Below are positions 9,704 through 20,132 of a DNA stretch of 64,000 bases, piece after piece. Every line of letters starts with the position of its first letter. Positions within the stretch are counted from its first letter, which is position 1. Below the pieces are notes generated by a model. The model searched no databases, was not told where the DNA came from, and saw only the letters and a list, made by a program, of their open reading frames with translations. The position numbers and the translations under genes were made by a program. The stretch comes from an uncultured Chloroflexia bacterium (lineage in GTDB: Bacteria > Chloroflexota > UBA6077 > JACCZL01), in contig CAVXYC010000018.1 in NCBI GenBank assembly GCA_963765765.1, positions 128,001-192,000 on the forward strand. Reading direction: 5' to 3'.

Positions 9704-11458
9704 CTATGCCGCGCCGCTCGAGAGCTCGGTGCGCGTTAGCTTTCGGGTGAGCAAGACGCAGCCCATGATGATCGCCGTCATGATGATGGCTACCACGCTC
9801 GCCCGCTCAACCGCTCCGTTCTGCCAGAGGCTGAAAAGCAGAGTCGAGTACACGACCGACTTCGGACCGGTCAGGAACGCAACGAGGGCAAGCTCGCCGA
9901 ACGAATACACGAACCCAATGATCCAGCCCGCCACGAAGCCGTTCTTGACCAGAGGCAAAATGATCTGTCGGAACGCCTGCGACCAGGAGGCACCGAGAAC
10001 TCTGGCCGACTCTTCCAGCTCCTTATCGAGCTGAATGATGGTCGAGCTCATGATCCGCGTCTTGACCGGCATACTTCGGATTACGTGCGCGATGACCAGG
10101 ATCGCCAGCGATCCGTAGAGGATTGACATGGGCGAGAAGAGCACTGCCCACAGCATGCCCAGGCCCAGAATCAGTGATGGCATGCCCCAGGGAATCCAGG
10201 CCGCGATCTCGAGTGCCTTACGTCCTCGAAACCGCGTGCGCGTGACGACGTAGCCAACCAATGAAGCCACAGTCATGCCGATCGTGGATGATGCCACGCA
10301 CAATATGAGGGTGTTCATCAACGCGGTCTGCGGCAATTTGAGGTTGAGAATCGCATTCCAGTTATCCATCGTGTAGCCAATACTGGAGAAGAGGTTGACG
10401 CCAGCGGTGCGCATGAAGCTGCTCTGAACGAGCACAATGGCTGGCAGAACAAGGCCAACGAAGAGAAAGGTTGCCACAAGCGCAAATGCTGGCCAGCGCA
10501 GTATGCCAAGCTGGATGGTGCGTGCCGAATAGCTACGCCCACCCACGGTTGCGTAGCTGCGATTTCCAACCACTCGCCAGTTCATGACCACCAGCAGTAG
10601 GGCCATCACCAGCATCAGAAATGCTAGTGTGAACGCGGAAGGGTAGTCGGCCGGCACCGTCTCATTCAGCAGCTGGTAGATCCGATTCGTGAATACGAAG
10701 ATGCCGGCTTGCGTACCCAGAAATACCTCAGTCTCAAACGACGACAGCATGAGCAGGAGCGCCAGGACAAAAGCGCTCATGATGGCCGGGCGCATCAACG
10801 GAAACGTAATTGATCCCAGAACCTTGCGCGGCGCAGCGCCGCAGACCTGCGCGGATTCTTCGAGCGAGGCGTCCATCGCGCGGAATGCGGGTAGCATGAA
10901 CACGGTCAGGAAGGGAGCGATTCCAATGACCGAGGCGAATATGACTCCTGCGTAGGAATAGATATCGAGCGGCCCCCGGTCCACGTTTATGAACGGAAGC
11001 AGTCTCAGGAGCTGATTGAGGTATCCCGTCTGCGGACTGGCGAGAATTGTCCAGGTGAGAAGCTTTCCGAGTCCCGGGAAGAAGAAGCTGAGGACAACCA
11101 GGAACTCGAGCTGGCGCCGGAAGGGGCAATTCGTGCGGGCAAGGATCCACGATAGTGTGACGGCTGTGCCCAGAGCGAACACAACTCGTACAATCGCAAG
11201 CCATAGCGTGGTCCAGGCGATGTTCCAGGTGGACGGATCATTCACCGCCGTGGCCAGCCCCTGAAGGGTCCAGGTCCCTTCACGACCGGGCGAATTGTCC
11301 CGCACGGCCGAGATGACGATGACCGCCGCCGGCGTGATGGTCAGCACGGCAATGATCACGAGGAGCAGCCACATCAGGGCTGTCCCCATGTCAAATTGCC
11401 GTACGGGCTTTAAGGCGACCGGCCTCTCGGCCGGTGAAGCACTAACCGCTGAGCTCAC
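9704..11458 (-). CDS. Fe3+-type (FbpB-like) ABC transporter permease
   Basis: Two EAA loops (LEESAQVCGA, LEESARVLGAS); 584-aa membrane protein. Confidence 0.9.
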   Translation of the reverse strand: MSSAVSASPAERPVALKPVRQFDMGTALMWLLLVIIAVLTITPAAVIVISAVRDNSPGREGTWTLQGLATAVNDPSTWNIAWTTLWLAIVRVVFALGTAVTLSWILARTNCPFRRQLEFLVVLSFFFPGLGKLLTWTILASPQTGYLNQLLRLLPFINVDRGPLDIYSYAGVIFASVIGIAPFLTVFMLPAFRAMDASLEESAQVCGAAPRKVLGSITFPLMRPAIMSAFVLALLLMLSSFETEVFLGTQAGIFVFTNRIYQLLNETVPADYPSAFTLAFLMLVMALLLVVMNWRVVGNRSYATVGGRSYSARTIQLGILRWPAFALVATFLFVGLVLPAIVLVQSSFMRTAGVNLFSSIGYTMDNWNAILNLKLPQTALMNTLILCVASSTIGMTVASLVGYVVTRTRFRGRKALEIAAWIPWGMPSLILGLGMLWAVLFSPMSILYGSLAILVIAHVIRSMPVKTRIMSSTIIQLDKELEESARVLGASWSQAFRQIILPLVKNGFVAGWIIGFVYSFGELALVAFLTGPKSVVYSTLLFSLWQNGAVERASVVAIIMTAIIMGCVLLTRKLTRTELSSGAA

Positions 11459-11503
11459 GGGCGGAGACGCCGGTATATTGTCAAACGCTCAACGGAGCGC
11501 ATT

Positions 11504-12664
11504 CTAATAATCGAAGAGCTTGCCATCCGTGATCCATTTGATGTTTTCACGGGTGGGCAGCTCGTGCTGGTCGTCATACCAGAACATCTGCGGGTGCGTT
11601 TCGGGCGCAACGCTCGGGTGGATCGGCACGTCCTTGCGCGCGACCGCTTCGCCATTCTGAGCGAGAAACTCCTGGGCGGGCTTGGTCAACCAGAACTCAG
11701 CCCACACCTTTGCCGCGTTGGTATTCGGTCCGCCCTTCACCGTGACCGGAATGGTCTGCGTGATGGTGCATCCCGGCAGCGGGCAATGCGTGATGACCGG
11801 GTCCTTGTTCTCCGTGTTCTTGAACGTCGGACCCACACCGATGACCGCGTGAAATTCGCCGCGGAGCACCGGGTCCATCGTGGCCACATTGACGATTCTT
11901 GGCTTGTACGAGGCCAGCGTACGCACCCACTCATCACCATATTCAGCCTGGTTCAAGATCCGCAAGCCGTAGGAGAGGATGTGTCCGTGTCCGCCACTCA
12001 GTCGCGGATCATAGAGCGCCACGAGGTTGCGCTTGAACAGGTCGACCCAGAACGGGTCCCTCAAGACATCCCACCACGTTTTGGGCAGCTTGTCCTCAGG
12101 CACGAGGCTCGTGTTCACACCAAGCCCGGTAGGGCTAGCCTGCCAGACAGTCAGCTTGGTTTGACTGAGAACGATCGGGAAGTGATATTCCACCGACGGG
12201 TCCAGCGCTGACGGCGGGACAAACGACTCCGAGACGCCACGTCCGGCGAGGTTGCGCGCAGAAGTGCCGCCGCAGAGGAAGCTGTCAGCCTGAATTTTAC
12301 CGGCGGCGGCTTCCGCGGCGATCTTCTCCACCTGGGCGTTGCCGGGTCCGTAAATATAGTTGACGGTGATGTCTGGGTACGTCTTCTGGAAGAAGTTCAC
12401 CATAGGCTCGCCCTCATCCGCCTGGCGACAGGTGTACCAATTCATCTCCCCTTCCTTTTTCGCGGCGGGGACGATGACGGTGTCGAACTCGGCGCGGGCC
12501 TGCTGGTAGGCTGCCTGAGCCGGAGTGAGGTTGGCCACCTGCTGCGGTGAGAGCGTGGGCGCAGCGGTGGGAGCCGCGGCCGTTTGACTCTGGCACGCCG
12601 AGAGCACCAATGATCCAACGACGGCCAGCGCTCCAAGCGCTTGACCTAATTGCAATCTCTTCAC
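11504..12664 (-). CDS. ABC extracellular solute-binding lipoprotein (Fe3+/polyamine class)
   Basis: Lipobox LSAC, AKKEGEMNWY, PNTNAAKVWAEFWLT. Confidence 0.88.
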   Translation of the reverse strand: MKRLQLGQALGALAVVGSLVLSACQSQTAAAPTAAPTLSPQQVANLTPAQAAYQQARAEFDTVIVPAAKKEGEMNWYTCRQADEGEPMVNFFQKTYPDITVNYIYGPGNAQVEKIAAEAAAGKIQADSFLCGGTSARNLAGRGVSESFVPPSALDPSVEYHFPIVLSQTKLTVWQASPTGLGVNTSLVPEDKLPKTWWDVLRDPFWVDLFKRNLVALYDPRLSGGHGHILSYGLRILNQAEYGDEWVRTLASYKPRIVNVATMDPVLRGEFHAVIGVGPTFKNTENKDPVITHCPLPGCTITQTIPVTVKGGPNTNAAKVWAEFWLTKPAQEFLAQNGEAVARKDVPIHPSVAPETHPQMFWYDDQHELPTRENIKWITDGKLFDY

Positions 12665-12769
12665 AGACGTTCTCCTTGCATCATTGCGTGAGGGCCGAGG
12701 CAGGCTTCGATTCTATGCCCGGGCCGACAAGCGCACAAGGATTTGAAGGTGCAGCAGGCCAGACCGTTC

Positions 12770-12866
12770 GGACCGCGGCGGTCTTCGCTGCTTTCCCGCC
12801 GGCTGGAAGCCGATGGCGGACGCGCTCCGCGCTCGTAGAAAGCGGCGAAGACGGCCGCAGTCAAAA
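12770..12866. repeat. REP-like doublet, GGACTGCGGCG..GCCGCTTT family
   Basis: gaccgcggcggtcttcgctgcttt...aaagcggcgaagacggccgcagtc; relatives at 26596-26703 and 30992-31104. Confidence 0.7.
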
Positions 12867-12878
12867 GCCGTTCATCAA

Positions 12879-12914
12879 GAAGAGCGGGACTGATCGAAAT
12901 CAGTCCCGCTCTTC
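12879..12914. terminator. 16-bp perfect hairpin downstream of SBP gene
   Basis: gaagagcgggactgat-cgaa-atcagtcccgctcttc. Confidence 0.6.
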
Positions 12915-12936
12915 AGTTCTGGCTATCTTCGTAGAT

Positions 12937-14149
12937 CTAGCGGAAGAACGCCTTGTCGAAGATGTCGATGAACTCGTTGTTGCGGGAAACCTGGTCGTCC
13001 GTCCGCTTGGAAGGGTTCACCTCCTCGAGCGGCGGCTGTCCGGCCGGTGGCGGGTAGCCCGGCAGGACGGAGTAAACATTGCGCTTGTCCACGACGACCT
13101 TCTGCCCTCGGGAGAAAGGATCCAGGAATGAACATCTTCGCAGCGTCCTGACCGGGCGCACCCTTGACGACGCCGATGGTGCTCTCCTGGATCGTCGTTC
13201 CGCCATCCTTCATGTAGAACACCTTGACCGGGGCCGCCTGCTGGAGATCCAACAGCTCCGAGGTGACCGACGCTGGATAGAACAGCGAGTATTCACCCCG
13301 CGCGACCTGGCTTGGCGCATTGTCGCGGTCACGTGTAAAGGTCGGCTCCTGGGCCTTGAGGTCTGCCAGCCACTGGTCGCCGAGCTGGACGTAGTTCACC
13401 GTGCCAACGTCCAGGCCGGGGCCATTGCCTCGAGGATCCTCGAGGAGCAGCTTGCCCTTGCCCTTGAAGAAGGGAGTCAGGAGGTCCGTGCGCTTTGTCG
13501 GGATCCTATCCGCGGGAACGAGCTCGGTGTTGACGATTCCGGAAAAGAGGCTGAAGCTGTGCGACCAGCGCGTCTTTCCCTCGGTCAAGCCGGCCGGCGG
13601 AATGTACGGCGCGGTGGGCGGCCCTTCCCACTCCGTCAGGTCACCCTGCTTGTCAAAGGTTGACATGGTCGTCTGCCCATGCGTCACCAGGTTAGCGATC
13701 AGCTTACCGCTGGCCTTCTCGGCCGCGAGGCGCTGGAGCATCCCGGGCCCAAGAAGGTTGACCTTCTCCATGGAGATATCAGGGTACTTCTTGCGGAACT
13801 CGGAGATGACATCGTTCCAATCCTCAGCGAGTCCACCATAGATGACCAGGTTGGTCTCACCCGAGGCCTTGGCCTTCTGGTAATAGCCATTGATAACGGC
13901 GTCATTGTCGGCCTGCGAAGGGAGCGGACCGCCCCTCGCCGGCGGAGGAATGTTCGGCAGAGCCCCGCCAGAGGTCCCTGCTGCCGCTGCCGGCGAAGCC
14001 GCGGCGCCTGGTGAAGCCGCCGCGGCTGGCGATGCAGCGGCCGCGGGGGCAGACGTCGGCTTGGCCGGCGCGGCGGTTGGACTCGCGGGCGCCGGCGAGC
14101 TGCAGGCTACGGCAAGCAGCGACGCGAGCAAAAGGACAATTGCGCGCAT
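12937..14149 (-). CDS. ABC extracellular solute-binding lipoprotein (frameshift ~13120)
   Basis: MRAIVLL...AVAC lipobox, AAASP linker, VARGEY; C-terminus lies in ORF 12937-13206. Confidence 0.85.
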
Positions 14150-14354
14150 TCCTGAGATACCCTCCATCGGGGTCCGGGTCAAATTGCTTTTGCAATCAGC
14201 CAGTGGACTTTTGAACCTCTTATAGTAGCGTGAGCGAGGAGAAAAGACGCAATAAATTCCGATCGCTTGCCAAAGCGCTGGGCGAGTTCCGAGGTGCTCC
14301 GCGCCTGAGCTACACTCATTTCCGCCTGAAACCATCAGAAAGACGGAGAAATCT

Positions 14355-15523
14355 ATGACCACATCGCAGACGCCCGCGTGGCATCGCGTAGACCAGATCG
14401 GCAGCTTGATTCAGACCCGCCGGGCTGGTAGAAGCCTTTAAGAAGTTTGATCTGGGTGAGCTGGACGAGGCTTCCCTGCGGGCACAGCAGGATCAGGCCA
14501 TCCGCGATATCCTCGCGCGACAGGAGGCTATGAAGTTCCCCGTCGCCGTCGATGGCGAGTTTCGGCGAGAGGGATTTCAGGACAGCTTTGGCCAGGCGGT
14601 CAGCGGCTTTGTGGGCGGCGATGAGAACCCCAGTCAAGAAGGGGCAGCTCGCCCCGGCCGAGTTGAATCCGGCCTGGAAGCTCTGGGACGCCCTGTCAGC
14701 ACTCGGCAGCCGGCGGTTGCCCGATTGAAGCTAACGAACAATGTGCCCCTGGATGAATACCTATGGGCCAGCGCCGCGACCTCACTGCCTGTCAAGGTAG
14801 CCATCATTGGACCCGACCGTGTGGCGCAACGCTTTCGATGGGAAGAATCGCTTTCTGTCTATGACGGTCTCGACGATTTCGTGAACGACGTCGTGTCGAT
14901 CGAACGGGAGATGATCTCAGGCCTGGCCGAGGCGGGCTGCCCATACGTTCAGATTGACGCCCCTGGATACACCGCCTACGTGGATGCGCCGTCTATGGAG
15001 CGCATGCGGAAGCGCGGGGAGGACCCGCAAAGAAACCTGGCACGATCTATTGCAGCGGACAACGCGCTCATCGATGCCTTTCCGAATGTCGAGTTCGGCA
15101 TCCACATCTGCAAGGGCAACTCGCGGATGATCGATCCGACCTCCGGAAAGGTCGTTGCACGATGGCATCGCGAAGGGTTTTACGATGCCATCGCGGAGCA
15201 GCTCTTCAGCGAGCTGAATCACAAGCGCTTCCTGCTCGAGTACGACGATGAGCGATCGGGCTCATTTGAGCCCTTGCGGTTCGTTCCTAAAGACCGCATT
15301 GCGGTAGCTGGGCCTGGTGTCCACCAAGCGATCGGACGTGGAGACAGTGGACGAGCTCAAGCGGCGAATCGAGGATGCATCGAAGTATCTTCCCGTCGAG
15401 CAGCTTTCCATCAGCCCACAGTGCGGCTTTGCATCAGGAATCGGCGGCATCACCGTGGGCGAGGACGCGCAGTGGCGCAAGCTGGAGAACCTCCTGGAGA
15501 CGGCTCGGCAGGTCTGGGGCTAA
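14355..15523 (+). CDS. cobalamin-independent methionine synthase II family protein (2 frameshifts)
   Basis: HRVDQIGSL, DGEFRR, YVQIDAP, GIHICKGN, LLEYDDERSG and ISPQCGFAS across three frames. Confidence 0.85.
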
Positions 15524-15534
15524 GCAGGCCATGG

Positions 15535-15568
15535 TCTGACACGCGGGATACGTATCCCGCGTGTCAGA
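15535..15568. repeat. perfect 34-bp palindrome
   Basis: tctgacacgcgggatacgtatcccgcgtgtcaga equals its own reverse complement. Confidence 0.9.
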
Positions 15569-15578
15569 GTGGGAAGCC

Positions 15579-16139
15579 ATGCAACGCGTCTGTGTTATCG
15601 GCGTCACGGGATCAGGCAAAACCACGCTGGCCAAGCGTCTCGCTGGCCAGCTCCGTTTGGATTACGTCGAGATGGACTCGCTGTACTGGAATCCGCACTG
15701 GACTCCTATAGATCCTGAGATTTTCCGCTCACGCATCGCGGGCGTGGCGGAGGGCGATGCCTGGGTCACCGATGGAAACTACTCGCGAGCGCGCGACATC
15801 CTCTGGCCGAGAGCCGACACGTTTGTGTGGCTGGACTTGCCTTTCCACGTGACGTTTATGCGTCTGGTGCATCGGACGTTCAGGCGATGGCTCCAAAAAG
15901 CCGAGCTCTGGAACGGCAATCGAGAGAGTCTTCGAGAGCATTTCTTCTCGAGAGACTCGATTTTTCTGTGGGCCATCAACACTCACCCGCGTTACCGTCG
16001 GGAGTTTCCGCCGCTGCTCGCGGAACAGCGGGCGCTTGGAAAGGCGGTCTACCGGCTGCGGTCCGTACAGGCTGTTGAGCGCTGGACCCACACTGCCTGC
16101 CGACAAAGCGGACCGCGGCGCGCAGAGTCGGCTCGTTAA
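15579..16139 (+). CDS. adenylate kinase-like P-loop protein (FlaR/topology modulation family)
   Basis: VIGVTGSGKTT, WVTDGNYS, LWNGNRESL. Confidence 0.85.
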   Translation: MQRVCVIGVTGSGKTTLAKRLAGQLRLDYVEMDSLYWNPHWTPIDPEIFRSRIAGVAEGDAWVTDGNYSRARDILWPRADTFVWLDLPFHVTFMRLVHRTFRRWLQKAELWNGNRESLREHFFSRDSIFLWAINTHPRYRREFPPLLAEQRALGKAVYRLRSVQAVERWTHTACRQSGPRRAESAR

Positions 16140-16233
16140 TGCAGGCGTCATTAGCGCATTGCGACACGTCTTAATGTAAGTATATGCTTACGCAATCCCG
16201 TGACGTAGCGACTCAGCGGGTGGAGGTCTATCT

Positions 16234-16797
16234 GTGAGCTCGATTGACGATCTAGAGCGAGTGCTCGACATGGCGGAAGCGGTGATGCTCAAAGTCACTT
16301 CAGACGATCTGGCAAAGCCAACGCCGTGTAGCGAATGGGATGTGCGCGCGTTGGCGAATCACATGACTGGCGTCTGCCTTATGTTCGGCCGCGCGGCGCA
16401 GGGAGAAGCCATCGAAGGTCGGCCGACTTTCACTGACTTGATCGGGGATGACCCCGGAGCAGCCTACATCCGAGCCGCGGAGGCGAACAGGGAAGGCTGG
16501 AACTCGCCCGGCGCCCTGGAGAGGACGCTCACCGTCCCCGCCGGCCAGCTCCCCGGCAATGTCGCCATAGCGATCAATACGGCAGACCAGCTTCTTCACA
16601 CCTGCGATCTAGCACGCGCCCTCGGCCACGACGTCGCCTTGCCCGAAGATCTGGCCGAAACCGGTCTGAAGTACCTGCAAATGCTCATGAGTCCCGAGCG
16701 CCGAGGCCCAGGCAAGCCCTTTGGCGAAGAAGTCCCCGTGCCCGACGACACCCCGATCCAGCAACGATTACTCGCGTTCTCGGGGCGACAGCCTTAG
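16234..16797 (+). CDS. TIGR03086 family metal-binding protein (MDMPI/DinB superfamily)
   Basis: PTPCSEWDVRALANH, LHTCDLARALG, RLLAFSGRQP. Confidence 0.88.
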   Translation: MSSIDDLERVLDMAEAVMLKVTSDDLAKPTPCSEWDVRALANHMTGVCLMFGRAAQGEAIEGRPTFTDLIGDDPGAAYIRAAEANREGWNSPGALERTLTVPAGQLPGNVAIAINTADQLLHTCDLARALGHDVALPEDLAETGLKYLQMLMSPERRGPGKPFGEEVPVPDDTPIQQRLLAFSGRQP

Positions 16798-16878
16798 TCC
16801 GGCGCCGAGCGCTTTGAATACGGCGAGATCGTCGCTTTCTGGCGTGGCTAGCCGCTGGACACCACTCACAACCGCGGC

Positions 16879-16977
16879 GGCCTTGTCATCCTGAGCATTT
16901 AGCGAAGGATCTATCCCAACTGCCTCAAGGAATCCAGCCGGGAAGATCCTTCGCTAGTCGCTCAGGATGACAGGGCC
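16879..16977. repeat. REP-like palindromic element, GTCATCCTGAGC family (copy 2)
   Basis: ggccttgtcatcctgagc...gaaggatct...agatccttcgct...gctcaggatgacagggcc. Confidence 0.8.
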
Positions 16978-17087
16978 ATGAATCAAGCGTTGCGCCAATT
17001 CCGAACCAGGAGTCTTACAAAGTCCATCCTCTGTGATACTCCAAGACGCACCTGCCCGGACTCTCCGGGCCGGCCCGTCAGGTACAC

Positions 17088-18638
17088 TTGCCTCCTGCAT
17101 TCCACGCACGAGGCTCCCAGACGCTCTCCGACCAAACCTCCGCTCCTACTTCCCAGGCTCGACCGGGCTTCTTTTACGGCTGGGTCATAGTTGCCGTCGC
17201 TTTTCTTTGTGAGCTCGTAGCATTCGGCACTGGCAATGCAGCCTTCTCTGTCTTCCTCAAACCCATGAGCGATGACCTGGGCTGGAATCGCATGGTGCTT
17301 AGTGGCGCTGTCACGCTTCAGGCTGTGGGCAATATCGCGGTCTCGCCCGTGGCCGGATGGGTGCTGGATCGACACGGCCCGAAGATGATCATGGTCTTTG
17401 GCGCCACCGTCGCCACAATCTGCTTTCTTTTAATGGGCTCGGTGACGGAACCCTGGCAGTTTTATTTGCTCTATACCGCCGCGACGGTGCTGGGCCTCAA
17501 TGAAATGGGCAGCCTTGTCACCTCTACCACGGTGGCGAAGTGGTTTGTGCGCAGGCGGGGCCGAGCTATGTCTCTGGCTAGCATCGGACTCAACGTCGGC
17601 GGCGCCGTGCTGGCCCCACTCATCGCGCTCATCATCACAGTCGTCGGCTGGCGACAGACCTGGAGTGTGCTCGGCATCATCGTGGCGTGCACCGTCCTGC
17701 CCGCGGCGATTCTCTTCTTCAAACGGTCTCCCGAAGACATGGGACTGTTACCTGATGGGGACGCTGCTGGAAGCACTCCCACGCGTCCCGGCGAGCGAAC
17801 CGCGTCATCAGAGCAACAATGGAAGCTGGGTGACGCGCTGCGCAATCCAACCACCTGGGTCATCGTGGCTGCGTTCAATCTCATTCTCGTAGCCGCGTCA
17901 GCCATGTCGCAGCATTCCGTTGCCTATCTCGAGGACACTGGAATGTCTCTGGTAGAAGCGAGCGCCATGTTCGGCGCTTCGCACCTAGTCACTATCGGCG
18001 CCAAGCTGACCTGGGGCGCCATATCTGACCGGTTTCCGGTGCGCTACTGCTTGATCATCAGCAGCTTCGCGCGCATCGTCGGCCTGCTGAGTCTCATGTT
18101 CGCTACTGGCCCATCCAGAATGGCAGGATTCGTGATCGGTCAGGGCATCGGGCAGGGGATGGGCCTGCTGGGCCCCAAGCTCTGGGCCGACTACTACGGC
18201 CGTACCTTCCTGGGCACCATTCGCGGAGTGCTGCAGCCCTTCAGCGTCGTCGCCAGTCTCGTTGGACCTCTCTTCGCGGCGTACGTTTACGATACCTCCG
18301 GCAGTTACAACATGGCCTTCTGGGTCATCATCGTGTGCCTACTGCTGTCGGTGGTACTTCTCTGGCTAGCACGGCCGCCGAGGAAGCGTCAGCGCTCGTT
18401 GCGGACTAGAGCGGTACCGCGGCATCACAGGCTCGGAAGTCAGGCGGCCACCGCAAATGAGCGAATGACTCAACCCCATACCACTCATCACTCCACCACC
18501 CGATCCGAGCCCTCGACAAACCCCGGCCCATTCATCACGACGTACGTCATGTGCCCCTCGAACACGTACGGGACGCCCATCGGAATGAAGACGACGTCAC
18601 CGGCGCCAACGCGGTCAGGCGAATCGTCGCCGACTTGA
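17088..18638 (+). CDS. MFS transporter (OFA-like); true 3' end probably near 18410
   Basis: FFYGWVIV, GWVLDRHGPK, WFVRRRGRA, YDTSGSY; the tail overlaps the convergent cupin gene and may be readthrough. Confidence 0.85.
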   Translation: MPPAFHARGSQTLSDQTSAPTSQARPGFFYGWVIVAVAFLCELVAFGTGNAAFSVFLKPMSDDLGWNRMVLSGAVTLQAVGNIAVSPVAGWVLDRHGPKMIMVFGATVATICFLLMGSVTEPWQFYLLYTAATVLGLNEMGSLVTSTTVAKWFVRRRGRAMSLASIGLNVGGAVLAPLIALIITVVGWRQTWSVLGIIVACTVLPAAILFFKRSPEDMGLLPDGDAAGSTPTRPGERTASSEQQWKLGDALRNPTTWVIVAAFNLILVAASAMSQHSVAYLEDTGMSLVEASAMFGASHLVTIGAKLTWGAISDRFPVRYCLIISSFARIVGLLSLMFATGPSRMAGFVIGQGIGQGMGLLGPKLWADYYGRTFLGTIRGVLQPFSVVASLVGPLFAAYVYDTSGSYNMAFWVIIVCLLLSVVLLWLARPPRKRQRSLRTRAVPRHHRLGSQAATANERMTQPHTTHHSTTRSEPSTNPGPFITTYVMCPSNTYGTPIGMKTTSPAPTRSGESSPT

Positions 18639-18829
18639 AACTCGGCCGAGCCGTTGATGATGTAGTAGACGCGGTCGCTTCGGTCGCAGACGACTTTCTC
18701 ATGCCGACCCCAGATGTTCACCCAGGTCAGGCTGATGTGCTCGCTCAGTGATTGATTGATGACCTTCTTCATTCGCAGCGGCCGGGGCGGCTGAAGAAGA
18801 TCGGGAACGTCGTTCAGGTGGATGATCAT
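18488..18829 (-). CDS. cupin domain protein
   Basis: RVYYIINGSAEF...AGDVVFIPMGVPY cupin motifs. Confidence 0.75.
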   Translation of the reverse strand: MIIHLNDVPDLLQPPRPLRMKKVINQSLSEHISLTWVNIWGRHEKVVCDRSDRVYYIINGSAEFQVGDDSPDRVGAGDVVFIPMGVPYVFEGHMTYVVMNGPGFVEGSDRVVE

Positions 18830-18845
18830 GATGTCTTCGCGCCGC

Positions 18846-19628
18846 TCAATTTGCCCGACGCTCCCGTGGCAGCCAGTCAAGCCCTTCAAGCGTGCCGTTG
18901 GCGGGGCGATACTCGAGCGAGACGTAGCCTGAGTAACCAGCAGCGTCGATGGCCGACAGCAGATTGGGATAGTTGATCTCGCCGGTGCCGGGCTCGTGTC
19001 GGCCGGGCACGTCGGAGATCTGGATGTGACCAATCTTGTCCAGGTTGCCCGTCACGGTGGCGGTCAAATTCCCCTCCATGATCTGCATGTGATAGGCGTC
19101 GTAGAGGAACTTGACCGACGGGCTCGCCACGGTATCCACGATCTCGAAACCGACGCTGGACCTATCGATCAGATAGGTGGGGTTATCGATGGTATTCAAG
19201 CCTTCGATGCACAGCGTAACGCCGGCGGATTCGGCCTGTGGGGCGATGCGTCGCAAGTTCTCGATGGCGACAGACTTCGCCGTATCAACCGCTACGCCAT
19301 CTGGGACGAGCCCTGCCAGCGGATTGATCAAGTGCGCACCGAGCCGCTCGGCCACTCGTAGCGCGTCCTCCATCCCAGCCTTGAAACGAGCCTCCTGACC
19401 GGGGTGACACATGTAGCCGCGCTCGCCTCGAGCAAAGTCTCCACGGTCTGAATCGAATAGGATCATCTCGACGCCGCTGTCCTTGACCGTCCGCTCCAGC
19501 TCATCGAGATCGTGCTCCTCGGGGAAGAGGAACTCCACGTGGGTGAATCCCGCATCGGCCGCGCGTTTGAATCGCTCGAGCGCTGGCCACTCACTGAACA
19601 TGAATGAGATATTCGCGGCGAACTTCAT
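18846..19628 (-). CDS. hyi: hydroxypyruvate isomerase family protein
   Basis: KFAANISFMFSE, LYDAYHMQIMEG, HIQISDVPGRHEPGTGEINY. Confidence 0.88.
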   Translation of the reverse strand: MKFAANISFMFSEWPALERFKRAADAGFTHVEFLFPEEHDLDELERTVKDSGVEMILFDSDRGDFARGERGYMCHPGQEARFKAGMEDALRVAERLGAHLINPLAGLVPDGVAVDTAKSVAIENLRRIAPQAESAGVTLCIEGLNTIDNPTYLIDRSSVGFEIVDTVASPSVKFLYDAYHMQIMEGNLTATVTGNLDKIGHIQISDVPGRHEPGTGEINYPNLLSAIDAAGYSGYVSLEYRPANGTLEGLDWLPRERRAN

Positions 19629-19817
19629 GGCCTACGCTCCCGGACTTGTGGATAGCGAGCTCCGAAGTACATATCGGAGGTGTTAGATCGGCTGAAGACT
19701 ACCACGATTCCGGACGCTATTCTCTTCACCGCTGGTACCATTGACAGCGGATGCCGCCCTTACCGCCGCTCGAGTGATATCGGCGTCTGGCTCGCACGAC
19801 CACGAGAGGAGCAGCCT

Positions 19818-20132
19818 ATGGCAGTGCACAGCGCGACCAGCCCCCTGACCCAGCGAGAGCTCATCGAACAGCACTTCGTGGAGCATCGAACGATGGTGCT
19901 TGACATCGCGGCCTTCCTCGATCGTCTGGATCGCGCCCGTGAGATCGACGCTTCGGACGACTTCCGGCTCATCGCCTTCCGCAAGGCGCTCGAGGTGCTC
20001 TGCTCGGATGATCCTTCTCGGATTCACACAATCCAGATGGTCCTGAGCGATCCGCGCTCCGAGCTCCTACCCGAGCTGGACCGCAAGAGCGCCTTCGGTG
20101 CCTACCCAACGCAGGAAACGGAGACCCGCTGA
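19818..20132 (+). CDS. conserved hypothetical protein upstream of ebo-like genes
   Basis: [22 protein letters not shown]; stop overlaps the TatD start. Confidence 0.7.
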   Translation: MAVHSATSPLTQRELIEQHFVEHRTMVLDIAAFLDRLDRAREIDASDDFRLIAFRKALEVLCSDDPSRIHTIQMVLSDPRSELLPELDRKSAFGAYPTQETETR

